The notes beneath the pieces are model-generated. The model saw nothing but the letters and a program-made list of their open reading frames with translations. It searched no databases and was not told the origin of the DNA. From Octopus sinensis (lineage: Eukaryota), in NCBI RefSeq assembly GCF_006345805.1, contig NC_043021.1, positions 1,302,001-1,366,000 on the forward strand: 64,000 nucleotides of DNA, written 5' to 3'. Within the stretch, counting starts at the first letter, position 1, and each line of letters starts with the position of its first letter. Shown piece after piece: positions 12,251 through 25,795 of the stretch. Both the position numbers and the translations under genes were made by a program.

Positions 12251-12907
12251 CAATATTAATGAAAATACCAAGACTAATATTAATAAACTTTCTCACTGCC
12301 ATCCTAATTCTTATGGCGAATGATAAAACTTGCTCAATACGGAGCATAAGTCTCGGATTTCTAGACAACGGCAAATGAGATTTCGTGCGGTTCAGTACGT
12401 TATTATAGGTTGGAGTTATTGACATAGAAGAACTTATACAGCCGCTAACTCCAACCACTACTTACTAAACTATGTATATATAATGATACAATATATACTC
12501 ATCTATGTACGTGTGAATGTTTACAATAAATAATTTTAGGCAATGTAAAAATATATATAACTATACTTATAATATGCTTATATATATATATATACGTGTG
12601 TGTGTGTGTGTGTGCATTATGTATATATAGTTAGGTTATATTCTTTTAAGAATGCTGCAGAATATCTTATAAAGCTCGTCCACCTTCAGATTTCACAGTT
12701 GGGGATTTATTTGTAATCACTACAATTGTTTCCACGCAACGTAGTTCTCCAAGTCGCAGGTATTTGGTTATGTAACCGTTTCCCTGCATTATGAGATCTA
12801 GTTGTGCTTCCTCGGGTGATATATAAATATTGTCTCTGTAAACTCAGATTCTCGGCTTCAAGCCCATCTTTTCTGTCTGTCGTGGCCTGCGAGGTAGTAA
12901 TAGCCAC

Positions 12908-12957
<50 letters not shown>

Positions 12958-14267
12958 TATATAGCTGTTGTTTAGATATGACAATAATTATATTTGAACA
13001 TGTTTTTCTGTATTTTGTGAAACTTTTCTTGTATATAGCTGCATGAAGGCTTTTCATGATACCTATCTTTTGCAACTGAATTATACCCGGTCACAAACGA
13101 TATCACAGGCAGTCACATTATGTGCTTTATACGTGTGTGTGTGTGGGTGTGTTTAAATACATGTATATGTGCGTGTATGTGTTTGTATATATGTACACAC
13201 ACGCGCGCACCCACACATACACACACACATGGTCTATCATTATCATGAATGCCATAATATGTAATGAAAACATTTCAAGTTTCGACTTAAAGGACCTTTT
13301 GCACAAAATGGCCCCCTATTTTTCGTCCACAGTTTTCAGGGAAGAGAAATGAATTCTGTTAACATTAAAGTTATTTGGCAATACATATCATTCCACCCCT
13401 CTCATGCTGTAACAGGCCCATTGAATTTACTCTCTACATACCACACTGGTCTGTATCGTATGACAATATATTCCTTATTTTGTCAGGTGATTTATTCTTT
13501 ATGATTCTGCATGTAAACCTGACGGATTATCCTGTAGACCACTTAAGCGTCCTGTTACATTATGACACAGCTCTGAGCAGCTCCATGACTTTTTCCAAAA
13601 AATATTCGAAAAAAAAAAAAATCCTATTCCTACAAGTTTATCTCTAATGTAAACTGAACAACTGTCATATAATTTTTATAAACATCTCTTCACCATGAAA
13701 TTCATCCAACTGAATGTATGTATTTCTTCGGGAAATTTCACAAACATTTATCCACTACTTAAAATGTTAATCTTTTATTTTTATTATATATCTATATTTT
13801 CCACAGTTTTTATAACACAATTTTACGGTAGTTTTTGACAATATCATCAAAAATAAAGAATAAATTCAAGAAACATTTGTGTTGTTTTTTATTATCAAGT
13901 TGGCACCTATACAACCACAGGTCACTTTCAGGATTCCAGAAAGACAGTTCGTCACATCCCTGGCCAGCCACATGTGACACCTCAAAGATGAAGGGACCCC
14001 TTACGATATCAAGTAGAAGAGCTTAGAGTGGCCGGGAATCTACATTAACGGGAGTGAACGCTGCAAGCTTTGTATAGCTGGGTGAGCAAGGATACTCGAA
14101 GGCTCGTTCAGACCTGGATCACTGAACACTCGCTAGGAAATTTAGTCCTTGCATATATATATACCTATCTACATAATACTAATACATATATACATATACA
14201 TATATACACATACACGTGTATATATATGCAATGTGTATGTTTATATGTATATATGTATGTATGTATA

Positions 14268-14663
14268 CGAGGTATGATCAATAAATATGCGGACTGTTGA
14301 GCAAAACCTTGAGCTCTGCTGCGCATGCGCTCTAGGTTTTAACGTTCTAGCTCACTTCCCCTATTTACAGCAGTGCTTGGAAGGAACGTGTGTAGCGTGT
14401 GATCATCGCATTGACCATGACAGAGAAAGTTATCATGGTGATACCTGCTCAGAGGCCTACGCAAAGTTGCAGGAAGTGTAAGGAGAGTAGTGTATCAGCC
14501 GCACACAGGTGTAGGAGTAGTTCAAACGTTTCCAAGTACTGCTGTAAATAGCAGAAGTGAGCTCGAACGTTAAAACTTAGTGCGCATGCACAGCAGAGTT
14601 CAAGCGGCTTCACTGAGCTTCGTTACTATAGCAACAGTCCAGATACTTATTGATCAGACCACG
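14268..14663 (+). mobile_element. Mariner/Tc1 deletion derivative (MITE-like)
   Basis: TA|CGAGGTATGATCAATAAATA...TACTTATTGATCAGACCACG terminal inverted repeats with long subterminal IRs. Internal remnant GDTCSEAYAKLQEV*GE*CISRTQV*E*FKRFQ resembles the mariner transposase HTH. Confidence 0.8.
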
Positions 14664-15162
14664 TGTGTATGTATATTTGTATACGTGTATGTATATGTTT
14701 ATGTTCTTTTTCATATAACAATGTGAGTCTGATACTCAAACGATGCTGTAAAACACGCGTTCCTTATAGCAAATTCCCATGTCTCCATGTAATATACGTT
14801 TTCTATCGCAATAGTATCTAGCAATACTTTGGGGCATTACTTTAATTATTAGTACTAACTTGGTTGTAAGTTTAATGAATAATTATTTATAATAATGATA
14901 TTTATTATAATTATATTTCTTATTTGCCCATTTAATGTTGTTCCAAACATGATTACACACAGACAGCAATAATATTTTGAGTATTTCTCAAGCGTGTTGA
15001 TACATAAATGCATATTTAAGTGAATGCATATTCATTTAATTTAAGTTTGAATGTTTCCATACACATATACAAACAAATTTGATGTAATCAAATTCAAACC
15101 TCAGTATCAATAGTATTAAAAATAAATACTATTATCTAATTATTTTAATATATGCTTACGTA

Positions 15163-15377
15163 AAGGCGGCGAGCTGGCAGAAACGTTAGCACGCCAGACG
15201 AAATGCACAGGAGTACTTCGTCTGTCTTTACGTTCTGAGTTCAAATTCCGCCGAGGTTGACTTTGCCTTTCATCCTTTCGGGGTCGATAAATTAAGTACC
15301 AGTTGCGTACTGGGTCGATTTAATTGAATAGCTGCCCTTCCTTCAAAATTTCGGGCCTTGCGCCCAGAGTAGAAAAG
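15163..15377 (+). mobile_element. tRNA-derived SINE with perfect 16-bp target-site duplication
   Basis: A box TGGCAGAAACGTT, B box GAGTTCAAATTCC. TSD AATATATGCTTACGTA at 15147-15162 and 15378-15393. Confidence 0.9.
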
Positions 15378-15999
15378 AATATATGCTTACGTACAGATAC
15401 AAATAAAATTAGCATAGAATTTATCGGTTATTATTTAATGTAAAAGTAATTAACAAAGAATAGTTGATAATTTATATTTGTCGAAAATCTTCTAATAATA
15501 TACAGGTTATGTTTTAGCAATTTTTTTGTTTTTTTTCATTGTATGGGGGGGGGGTGTAATATATATATATATATAGATTCATCGTAAGTTGATAGCGGAT
15601 TTTTTGTAAAAACACTTAAGCGTACTATTGTTAAATAGATATAATATAATGAATTATTTTAATTTGAATTTAATTTCATTTTCATACGCACGTATAATTT
15701 ACGGTTAACTATAACAGATATAACGATTTTTTAATTAAAAAATTTTGGGGAAATGTTACTTTTGATTATGAGATTCGGATAGTTTAAAACCTTCTTATGG
15801 GTATGATTTAGAGATTTCTTTGTTTTTCTCAACTCTCTTGAGGTATGAATTATACTATATATTAACAAATTCACCATAACTTTATAATGTTCAATAAAAA
15901 AAAAAATACTTAGCGTCCAATTGATAAATGGAAGATATATTATATATATATATATAATATATATATATTTATATGTGTGTGTGTGTATACACTTACATA

Positions 16000-16034
<35 letters not shown>

Positions 16035-16091
16035 TATATATATATATATATACGAAAGAAAGTTTGAAAATGCAATTTTAAAAGATGTATA

Positions 16092-16138
16092 GTTACTTTA
16101 CCGGTTTCACTCTTTAGAAAAAGATTGTCAAAAGTAAC
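16092..16138 (-). ncRNA. Minimal type I hammerhead-like motif with U3-A8 core
   Basis: GUUACUU-UUGACAA-UCUUUUUCUAAAGAGU-GAAAC-CG-GUA/AAGUAAC, with a 7-bp perfect stem I. Confidence 0.6.
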
Positions 16139-16639
16139 ATGTAAAAGTTTGGTTGTGTTAATTATTGGTTGTCACAAAATGCTACAAAACATATTTACAG
16201 TCTTTGGTAACAAGAACATGTTAAGGACATAAAAAAGTTTAACAAGTTCATTAAAATATTGGGCACAAAAGATTACAACATATATATACATATATATAGA
16301 TTCTCAAATTGTGTGCACAGAGTTCTAAGTGTCCTCCACTAAGTCTCATTAAAGAGATCATGTTTTACGGCATTCAAATTTTCCTATGGATGTCAGAAAC
16401 TTTTAGTTTCCTCAAAGTTAGTTCCCTTGAAAGGTATGCAATCCAGCATTATTTCCCTTGAATATTTTAATTATTCAAACAACGATTCTGCCCATTTCAC
16501 GTCAAAGAAAACTTAAAACAGTGATCTTTGAATAATTAAATATCATATTGTATTCGTTTTGAATCTTTGAGTTCTGAATTCAAATCCCGTTCAGCCTAAA
16601 CTTTCCACTTCATAATTTTCTGGGCGACAAATGATGTAT

Positions 16640-16657
16640 GTATGTATACATACATAC

Positions 16658-16704
<47 letters not shown>

Positions 16705-16736
16705 CATACATATATATACATACTATATATACATAC

Positions 16737-16790
<54 letters not shown>

Positions 16791-16931
16791 ATATATATAT
16801 GTGTGTGGTGTGTGTGTGTGTGTTATATACTATATTGTATTATATATATATATATATATATATATATCATATTACATATATATGTTATATACTATATATA
16901 TATATATTATATATATATATATTATATATAT

Positions 16932-16964
<33 letters not shown>

Positions 16965-16978
16965 TATATACTATATTG

Positions 16979-17012
<34 letters not shown>

Positions 17013-17103
17013 TATTACATATATATGTTATATACTATATTATATATATATATATTATATTATATATATATATATATATAGATATATATATATATATATA
17101 TAT
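16640..17103. repeat. Compound (TA)/(TG) microsatellite with internal ~140-bp duplication
   Basis: GTGTTATATACTATATTGTATTA...CATATTACATATATATGTTATATACTA occurs twice. Confidence 0.85.
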
Positions 17104-17653
17104 ATTCTCGTTGATAATGCCTGGATTTGTTGGACAAGCTCCACTTTTCTAACAATGTTTGATCATCAAAAAAGTGTGTTCTTTTTTTTCTTTTGACCAC
17201 AAGAGACACATTCCCGTTAGACGCTAGAATTTTTTTCTGATCTTAAACACGCAGGATCTGGTAACATTTAAAAAAAGTTGCAATCTCAGAATCACTATAC
17301 TTGGAGGCTAAGGCGATGGAAACGACACGAGAATGGTATGAGAACTGAATAAAATGTATTAGAGGCGAAGCTTCTATGTTAGAGATGAAAAGAGAGAGGA
17401 TATTTCAAGCTTGGAGCAGTTATTGTTCTTAAAAAATTTATTCACAAACAGCTGATACATTAATACATAACTAGACAGACGCGTTCACGTGCGCGCGCGC
17501 GCGCGTGTGTGTGAGTGCGTGCGTGTGCGTGCGTGTATGTGTGTGTGTGTGTGTGTGTGTGCGTGTGTGTTTATGTGCGTGCGTGCGCGTGTGCATACGG
17601 GCGTGAGTGCGTGTCTGTGCGTGAGTGTGTGCGTGCGTGTGTGTGAGAGAGAG

Positions 17654-17693
<40 letters not shown>

Positions 17694-18324
17694 TGTGAGA
17701 GAGAGAGAGAGAGAGTGTGTGTGTGTGTGTTGTTCGCTGAATTGGCAGAGTCGGTAGAACATCAGATAGAATCTCCCGCGCTGTTTCCCCGTTGCTAAGG
17801 TCTAATTATGCCGCCTCATCCTTTCGGTCCATAAAAAAACCTATGAAACCAATGTGGTGAGTTGATGGAACTATCCGAACGTCAAAGTCGTTGTCTTATG
17901 GTATTTGTTTCTTTTCTTTTTATTTTTTGTTCTGTGTTCAAATTTCAACATAGAATACTTGGATGAGTAACTTCATATTCCACCTGGTTTAACACTATTA
18001 CCTGAAACCTTGCATGACTTTAATGGAGTCTACAACGTTGCAAACATGAAGAATAGGTTTCTGGTATAGGTGTACCCTTTTCACTGCCTCCCAACAGTCT
18101 TGGAATCTCTGCAAAGGATCATAAGCACTACTTACCCTTCTGGCTCAAAAATAAGAACACAATACTAGCACCTATTCATAATGATAACAATAACAAAACT
18201 CCAGTAAATTTTCGAACATTTACCAACATTTTCTAACAGCATTAAGCTGAAGATTTTAAGACTCAATATATTTGAATAGAAGATTCCTTAGTTATTGATT
18301 TCTTATTTTGGGTTTATACATACA

Positions 18325-19170
18325 CTAGCAGAATTGCCCGGCGTTGCTCGGGGCTGAATTGCTTGAAAGTACTGTTAATGATTGCACTGAATTATGATGA
18401 TTATTCAGGCAAATATTGATATAAGCTTACGGTGGGAGATAAGGACTTAACGATCAAACGTGTGCCATTGCATTGTTTTGGGGGAACCAAATTTCTGATG
18501 AGCATTATAGGGGCACCAACTTTAAGTTTGAGAAAGTGTGGTGGTAGTCCGGGGTGCTCAAAGGAATTGAGTACCTCTATTGGATAGTTGATGGCGTCCT
18601 CTGGGTCAGGAGTTGTATCGATAGACTGATATACATAGACTTCTCCAGGAATGAGTTTTAGCATTTCATCATTAATATGGTGAACAGTTTTATTCCTCGG
18701 GGCCAGTATAGCCTTTTTGCCAATCCAATCCATATTCTGATAATTAGCTTGTAGATCTGGGAACACTGCATCTCTGAGATCAGAAGGCGTCTTAACAATG
18801 GTACAAATGGAATCGATGGCAATATTACCATTTTCATCCCCTGGTATTTTGCCTTCGCCAAGTGCAAGGAGGGTGTGAGGAAATGCTGCTGATGTGATAT
18901 TACGTCGCATATGAGCACGCATATTGGTGTGAAGTTTGAGAGTTACTTCCGTTTATTTTTAAAAATATGCATAAAATGAAAAAAAATGATGGTAATTATT
19001 TGTAAAATCATTGACTCATCGTAGACGCGGCTAATACCCAGAAGGGCTCGATATGAATCACGACTATAAGATACCCGGTTTTGGTTTAAACTGCATCGCA
19101 AAAATGTGGGAGTAGTTAGGAATCTAAATCGGAGTAGACAGACACACAACCTTCTTTTATATATAAATAT
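18325..19170 (-). mobile_element. Helitron with PIF1-family helicase fragment
   Basis: ORF 18401-18922 (AILAPRN..INDEML..LPPHFLKLKVGAPIMLIRNL..CNGTRLIV). Minus-strand 3' end CCCGAGCAACGCCGGGCAATTCTGCTAG|T. Confidence 0.9.
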
Positions 19171-19648
19171 TTTCGTCCTAAAAAACTTTGTATGGATTGA
19201 ATGGTTACCTCTATGGAAATATATACACGCACATTATACATACATGTGTGTATAGATGAATATATAAATACATTAAATATCTATATACACTTTTGGGCGA
19301 TCTTTCTGTTTCTTAGAGATAACTTTAGATCTTATTTTCGTGCTAAAAAACTTTGTATGGAGTGAATGGTTACCTCTATGGAAATATATACACACACGTT
19401 ATACATACATGTGTGCATAGATGAATATATAAATACATTTATATATCTATATACACTTTTGGGCGATCTCTGTGCTACTTAGAGATAACTTTAGATCTAT
19501 TTTCGTCCTAAAAAACTTTGTGCGGAGTGAATGGTTATGTGTATGGAAATATATACACACACATTATACATACATCTGTGTATAGATGAATATATAAATA
19601 CATTTAAATATCTATATACACTTTTGGGCGATCTTTCTGCTACTTGGA
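19168..19648. repeat. Minisatellite, ~3 x 165 bp
   Basis: TATTTTCGT units start at 19168, 19333 and 19498. Confidence 0.9.
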
Positions 19649-20563
19649 TATAGGGGCGATGTTTCGCTTGTCGTAGCACACGTTTCCGTCGATTTCCGTA
19701 AAAAATGTAAACACTGAATCGGCCATACATACATACACACACACTACATACACACACACAACATACATGCATACATACATATACACATAAACCGTAGTAA
19801 AAAATTTCAGTTATCTCTCTCTTTCACACATTACTCTCTCTGTCACTTCACACACACTAACAGAAGCACTTCACTTACACAACATACTGTCTGTCTCCCA
19901 CACTCCATCAAACACAACACACACACATGTACATCAATGCGTCCCATGCACGGTAACTTCAAAAGAACTCCCTCGTCATACAATCGCTTTCTCTTAGTCT
20001 CTTTCGCTCTCATTACTTATTGAAAAAAATAAGTTTTTTACGGAAATCGACGGAAACCTGTGCTACGACAAGCGAAACATCGCCGATATAGGTCTTATAT
20101 TCGTCCTAAAATACTTTCCTGTCACACACTCACGCACCGCACGCACACAACACACACACCACCCTCACACACACACACGCACACACACCACTCACACACC
20201 ACGCACGTTATCTTACAATTTTATTTATATATTTGCGTGTCTATGTGTGTAAAGAGGAAGTGCAGACTGAAAGAGTCACTCACTACAAAAGGTGAATTAC
20301 TTTCATTTTATTCCTTGCACACTGTGTGTGTGCGTGGCGTGTGGTGTGTAAACACATTAAGAAAAGCATTTGACATACACACCAGAATGTGAGTTTTCTG
20401 TAAATTTTGCTTAATTGGAGTTTAAATTTTAAAGTGGACCTGGCAAAACCCGATGCATTCTACTCTTAAAAATGCTAAGTAAATTGTAATTGAAGAAATC
20501 CTATATTGTAGATTCTATAACTGACAAAGGGAGGCAGATAAATCTGCCTTTTATAATAAGAGA
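19170..20563 (-). mobile_element. Non-autonomous Helitron-like element (5' end at 20563)
   Basis: A|TC-TCTTATTATAAAAGGCAGA start, same family as 1-401. Internal IR at about 19656-19698 / 20036-20082. No separate 3' CTAG end seen. Confidence 0.5.
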
Positions 20564-20580
20564 TACATACATTTACATAC

Positions 20581-20613
<33 letters not shown>

Positions 20614-20667
20614 GCTATAATATATAATTATATATATATATAATAATATATATATTATATATATATA

Positions 20668-20717
<50 letters not shown>

Positions 20718-20896
20718 GTATCTATAGATAAGAAAGTGGTTTGTGAAAGACGTGGGTGAAATATAAAAAATAATGAAGAGTGAAAAAACGACAGAAGGCT
20801 TAAATGTTAAAAAATATATATATTTGCGTCAATATGTCTGAAGAATATTAGAAAATTTTAAACAAATTTTTTTCCTTTATAATGACCTAATTTTTA

Positions 20897-20935
20897 AAGA
20901 AAGACCGGTTTCGCATTTAGCTTTTCAAATTTCTT
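20897..20935 (-). ncRNA. Minimal hammerhead-like motif with U3-A8 core (PLE2 3' end)
   Basis: AAGAAA-U-UUGAAAA-GC-UAAAU-GC-GAAAC-CG-GUC/UUUCUU. Confidence 0.55.
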
Positions 20936-23900
20936 GTGACGTTATTGTGTTATATTAATAGAGTTATCCTTGTGTTTAAGCTCCGGAGAGTTCTAAATAA
21001 GGGAAGGTAGTGGGTGATTTCTTCGGTGTGTAAGGGAGATAATCGCTTAAAAAATTTTTTTCCTTTCCCTTAATGTGAATTTCTCTGTATCAGTATGTTC
21101 GGATGGTTGAGTCTGGGCTTGTACTTTTCAATGAAGAATTTTCCTTGTTTAGTTTAGTCTAATTTGTGTTGATGATCCGAAAGCACATTGGTAAAATGGA
21201 AAGATTAAAAATTGTGGTAGTAGTTGCTTTGCACATTTTTCAATGTGCTCACTAAAAGGTATCATTCTATATTCTGGGAATGCAATCTGTTGTCGATGCA
21301 GTGTGCATCTACGTCTGAGTGATAGTCCCGTGGAACCCACGTAGTCTTGGTGGCAGCCCGAGCATTTTATGACATAAATTATGTTTTCAGAGGCACAAGT
21401 AAAGTTAGATTTGATCTTGAATTTCTGCCCCTCTTTAAAGAGGAATTCTGATCCTTCTAGTAGGTTAGGACATGTTGCACAGTTCGATCTACCACATTTT
21501 TTTACTTTTGCATCCGTAATTTCAAAGACAATTTTGCCTTTGTGAGAATCTTTTTAAGTGATTTAGGCGTTTGTAGCTTTTAATGATTTGGTGTAGTTTA
21601 GAATTTCCTTTATTTGGGGTTTTTATGAAGTATTGGTAAATTCTGGGTGATGATGGTGAAGGCTTCTTTGTTTCTGGGGTTGTATGTAGATATGTAGTAG
21701 TATTTTCGGGGAAGGTGTGTTGTCGTGTTGAACTTTTTCTAAAGTTTCTATGTTGATTTCTGTTGCACGTCTGATCCCATCCTCTATGAGTTGAGCTGGG
21801 TAATGTCTGTCAATTAGGGTGTTTTTGAGTTCTTGCAGTCTAAAGTTCCTGGTATTTTGTTCTGACACTATGTGCATATCCTTCTTGCAAGGTTGAAGGG
21901 GATGTTGTTTTAGTGTGTCTTGGGTGGCATGAATTAAAAGAGAAGGTATGTTTGGCGTCTGTGGCTTTGTAGAAAATGTCTGTTTCTATTTTAAGGTTAA
22001 TTAATTTTTTTAATTAGTATATCCAAGAACGGGAGCTCCTTTTGGTTGTATTCCATTGTGAACTGTATATTTGGGTTTATGCTGTTCAATAGGTTTTTAA
22101 ATTTTAGGAGTTTATCTGTGTTTTCATTCCAGAGAATAAAACAATCGTCTAAGAATCGTTTCCAGTTCTCTTTTATGTATTGAGAGAGGGGATTTCCAAA
22201 GATTGATAAAGATTCCTGGTAAATGATTATTTCCATGTATCCCATTGTTAAGTTCGCAATGACTGGTGCTGCCCTTGTACCCATAGCAATTCCGGATTTT
22301 TTACGGTAAAATGTATTGTCAAACATGAAGTGGTTATTGTGTAGGATGAATTCAATTGATTTAGTAATGAATTCTTTACTGATCCTTTTTGGTATTTCTT
22401 CCGGAAATTGGTCTAACCAGAACTGTATTGCCTCCAGTCCATAATTATGAGGTATACTGGTATACAAGTTGACTACATCAAATGAAACCGGGATTGTTTC
22501 TTCCTTGGCTTTTTTTGGAAGGTGGTTTAACATATCTAAGTCATCTCTGATATGGCTATCGATATGTTTAAGGAAGGATTTCAGGAGGATGTCCATAAGT
22601 AGACTTAGTCTGTGTGTTTCACAGGTTGGCCCAGCTACAATGGGTCGTAGTTTTAGGTCCCCCGGGTTAGGTGTGTGTATGTATGTCTTTGCTGATTTTT
22701 TAATGGTTTCATTTATAATTTGACTTTTATGAATTTTTGGCAGACCATAGAAAAGGCTAGGTTTGCATTTAAAGTTTGTTAGGAAGTCAATCTCTTTGGT
22801 TGTTAGTTCCTTTTCATGGGTTTTAATTAGTGAAGATAGAGTTTTCATTATTTTTGTGGGGTGTAGTTGGTAATTTTTTCATAATGTAGGTCGTCATCAA
22901 GCAAGGAAATTACAAGATTTCTGTAGTATGATGTATCCATTATTATAACTGCATTTCCCTTGTCTGCTTCCTTAATGGTTATATCCTCATCATTTTGAAG
23001 TTCTATCAGTTCTTTCCTTGTGTAGTGTAAAATTTGAGTTAGCTTTCTGTTTATGTATAGTATGGTAGGGGAAGTTCTCAATGTGGTTACAGAATTCGTC
23101 AAGATCTTTATTTCTTCCTCTGTGTGGGATGTGTTCACTTTTGTTCTTGACTAGTGATTCATCTTCAGTTGAAACTGGTTGATGCTTCTGCTAGTCTTAA
23201 TTTTCTGCAAAATTCTGTTATATTATCCTGATTTCATTAGGTTTGCTCTGCGTGGAGTTGGTGTAAACTTGAGCCCTTTTGAGAGGATGTCAATTTTTAT
23301 GTTAGAAAGAGGTTTGGTTGAAAGATTGATTATCTTCGGTTTTTCCTATTACTAGGTTCCAGCCTGTGTCCTGGTGTCCCTGGTCCCTGGCTAAAAAATG
23401 TTGGGTGTAATTTTGTTTGTATGAGTTGTCTGTGAGGTTGTGTGGTATTTGGTCGGGGGAGTGGTGGTATTGTTGCCCCCGATCGTTGTGTATGTGGGGG
23501 AATCTATGGTTGTTATTGTTTGTGGTGTGTGTAAAATTTCTGTATGGGAAATATTTTTGTTTCGAACTGCTTGTATGTGGGATGTTGCTTGACATAGTGT
23601 TTTTTTGCGTTTGTCTTGTGTTTATTGGGGACCAGTAATTTTGGTTCATGGGGTAGTAGCGATTTGCGTGTGGTGTATTTCTTATTCTAGTGTCGTTTTG
23701 TGCAGTATGGTGGTTGGGTCTGGTATTAGGATGTTGTTGGTGTGTTCTGTTTTTGGTGTAATTTATTTCATAGACGCGTCCTCTGTCAGCTAGTACCCTG
23801 TTAGGTCTTGCGTGGTTTGCAAAGGTTGGTTGTGGGTGATTTCTGTTTTTAGTGTATGGAGGATAGTTGGGGGTTGTTCGTGGGTTGTTTGGTTTTTCTT

Positions 23901-24628
23901 TTTTATTTATTGTAATTTTCTTAAGGAAGGGATTATTTGTACCCAATTCATTTTTGAAGGTTTCACTATATTTTTGGAAGAAGTCCATGTTTTTCTCCCA
24001 GCGTAGGAGAGAATTTCTCTCTTCTTTTTCACAGGTATCCTTCCAGTGATCTAATGTATTTTCGAGGGGTTGTCCCTCGGTATGTTTCAGGACTGTGCAA
24101 CATGTCCTAACCTACTAGAAGGATCAGAATTCCTCTTTAAAGAGGGACAGAAATTCAAGATCAAATCTAACTTTACTTGTGCCTCTGAAAACATAATTTA
24201 TGTCATAAAATGCTCGGGCTGCCACCAAGACTACGTGGGTTCCACGGGACTACCACTCAGACGTAGATGCACACTGCATCGACAACAGATTGCATTCCCA
24301 GAATATAGAATGATACCTTTTAGTGAGCACATTGAGAAATGCGCAAAGCAACTACTACTACAATTTTTAATCTTCCATTTTACCAATGTGCTTTCGGATC
24401 ATCAACACAAATTAGACTAACAAGGAAACATTCTTCATTGAAAAGTACAAGCCCAGACTCAACCATCCGAACATACTGATACAGAGAAATTCACATTAAG
24501 GGAAAGGAAAAAAAATTTTTAAGCGATATCTCCCTTACACCGGAAGAAATCACCCACTACCTTCCCTATTTAGAACTCTCCGGAGCTTAAACACAAGGAT
24601 AACTCTATTAACATAAACATAACGTCAC

Positions 24629-24666
24629 AAGAATTTGAAAAGCTAAATGCGAAACCGGTCTTTCTT
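24629..24666 (+). ncRNA. Inverted copy of the PLE2 hammerhead-like motif
   Basis: AAGAAU-UUGAAAA-GC-UAAAU-GC-GAAAC-CG-GUC/UUUCUU. Confidence 0.55.
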
Positions 24667-24829
24667 TAAAAATTATGTCATTATAAAGGAAAAAAAATTT
24701 GTTTAAAAAATTTTCTAATATTCTTCAGACATATTGACGCAAATATATATATTTTTTAACATTTAAGCCTTCTGTCGTTTTTTCACTCTTTACTATTTTA
24801 TATATATATATATATATACAATATACATA

Positions 24830-24867
<38 letters not shown>

Positions 24868-25099
24868 TATTTATAGAATGGATAGAATCTTCTATACAGA
24901 CTAGTACTGTTTATTCATAGAAAATCTCAGAAATCTTCCTGATATTTCTCTGAAGAAACAGTACTAGTCCTGTAGAAACTCCTATATATATAATAAATAT
25001 TTTTACTCTGCTATGTATTGAGTACCTTACTTACTGTGGTTAAGATCAACCCGGGACCTACATATATATATAGATAATATATTATATATATATATATAT

Positions 25100-25134
<35 letters not shown>

Positions 25135-25246
25135 GTATATATATATGTATATATATAATATATATATATATGTATTATATATATATGTATATATAATATG
25201 TATATTATATGTATATAATATAAAATTATAATGTATATATATATAT

Positions 25247-25294
<48 letters not shown>

Positions 25295-25301
25295 TGTAAT
25301 A

Positions 25302-25415
<114 letters not shown>

Positions 25416-25446
25416 CTAGCTGAAGTGACCCGCTCTACGCGCGGGT
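25416..25446 (-). mobile_element. Isolated Helitron 3' terminus
   Basis: CCCGC-GCGTAGA-GCGGG hairpin then TCACTTCAGCTAG|T. Confidence 0.55.
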
Positions 25447-25469
25447 AAGTGTGGTTGGTTGTTACTTCT

Positions 25470-25795
25470 GTTGCTTCCTTTCAGCACGTAAAAAGCACCA
25501 TCCGAACGTGGCCGATTGCAGCGCCGCCTTGACTGGCTTCTGTGCCAGTGGCACGTAAAAAGCACTAACCGATCGTTGCCGCTGCGAGCCCCCCTGGCAC
25601 CTGTGCCGGCGACACGAAAAAAAGCACCCACTAAATTTACAGAGTGGTTGGCGTTAGGAAGATCATCCACCTGTAGAAACACTGCCAGATCAGACTGGAG
25701 CCTGGTGCAGCCTCCTGTCTTCCCAGACCCCGGTCAAACTGTCCACCCCGTGCTAGCACGGAAAACGGACGTTAAACGATGATGATGATGATGAT
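25470..25795 (+). mobile_element. SINE-like element with (GAT)n tail (family of 3553-3960)
   Basis: Reverse-complement similarity to 3553-3960. Ends CGGAAAACGGACGTTAAACG(ATG)n. Confidence 0.75.

Larger units (their letters stand above)
20776..24790 (-). mobile_element. Penelope-like element 2 (Neptune-like RT + GIY-YIG) with ~700-bp inverted 3' duplication
   Basis: ORFs 23302-23988, 22848-23138 (IKEADKG), 21997-22848 (YGLPKIHK, LRPIV, SFDVVNLYTSI, GIAMGT, WKRFLDDCF), and GIY-YIG with Cys linker (NIIYVIKC..YVGST). 20776-21483 is inverted to 24092-24790. Confidence 0.92.

Noticed and set aside
12670-12910. Possible R4-like LINE C-terminal relic
   Set aside because: Similarity is too weak to support by eye.
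17960-18190. Possible degraded LINE RT fragment (-)
   Set aside because: No unambiguous motif in any frame.
24890-24980. CTGAAGA...GAAA within a short inverted repeat, as a hammerhead
   Set aside because: No GUH site, and stems I and III do not pair.
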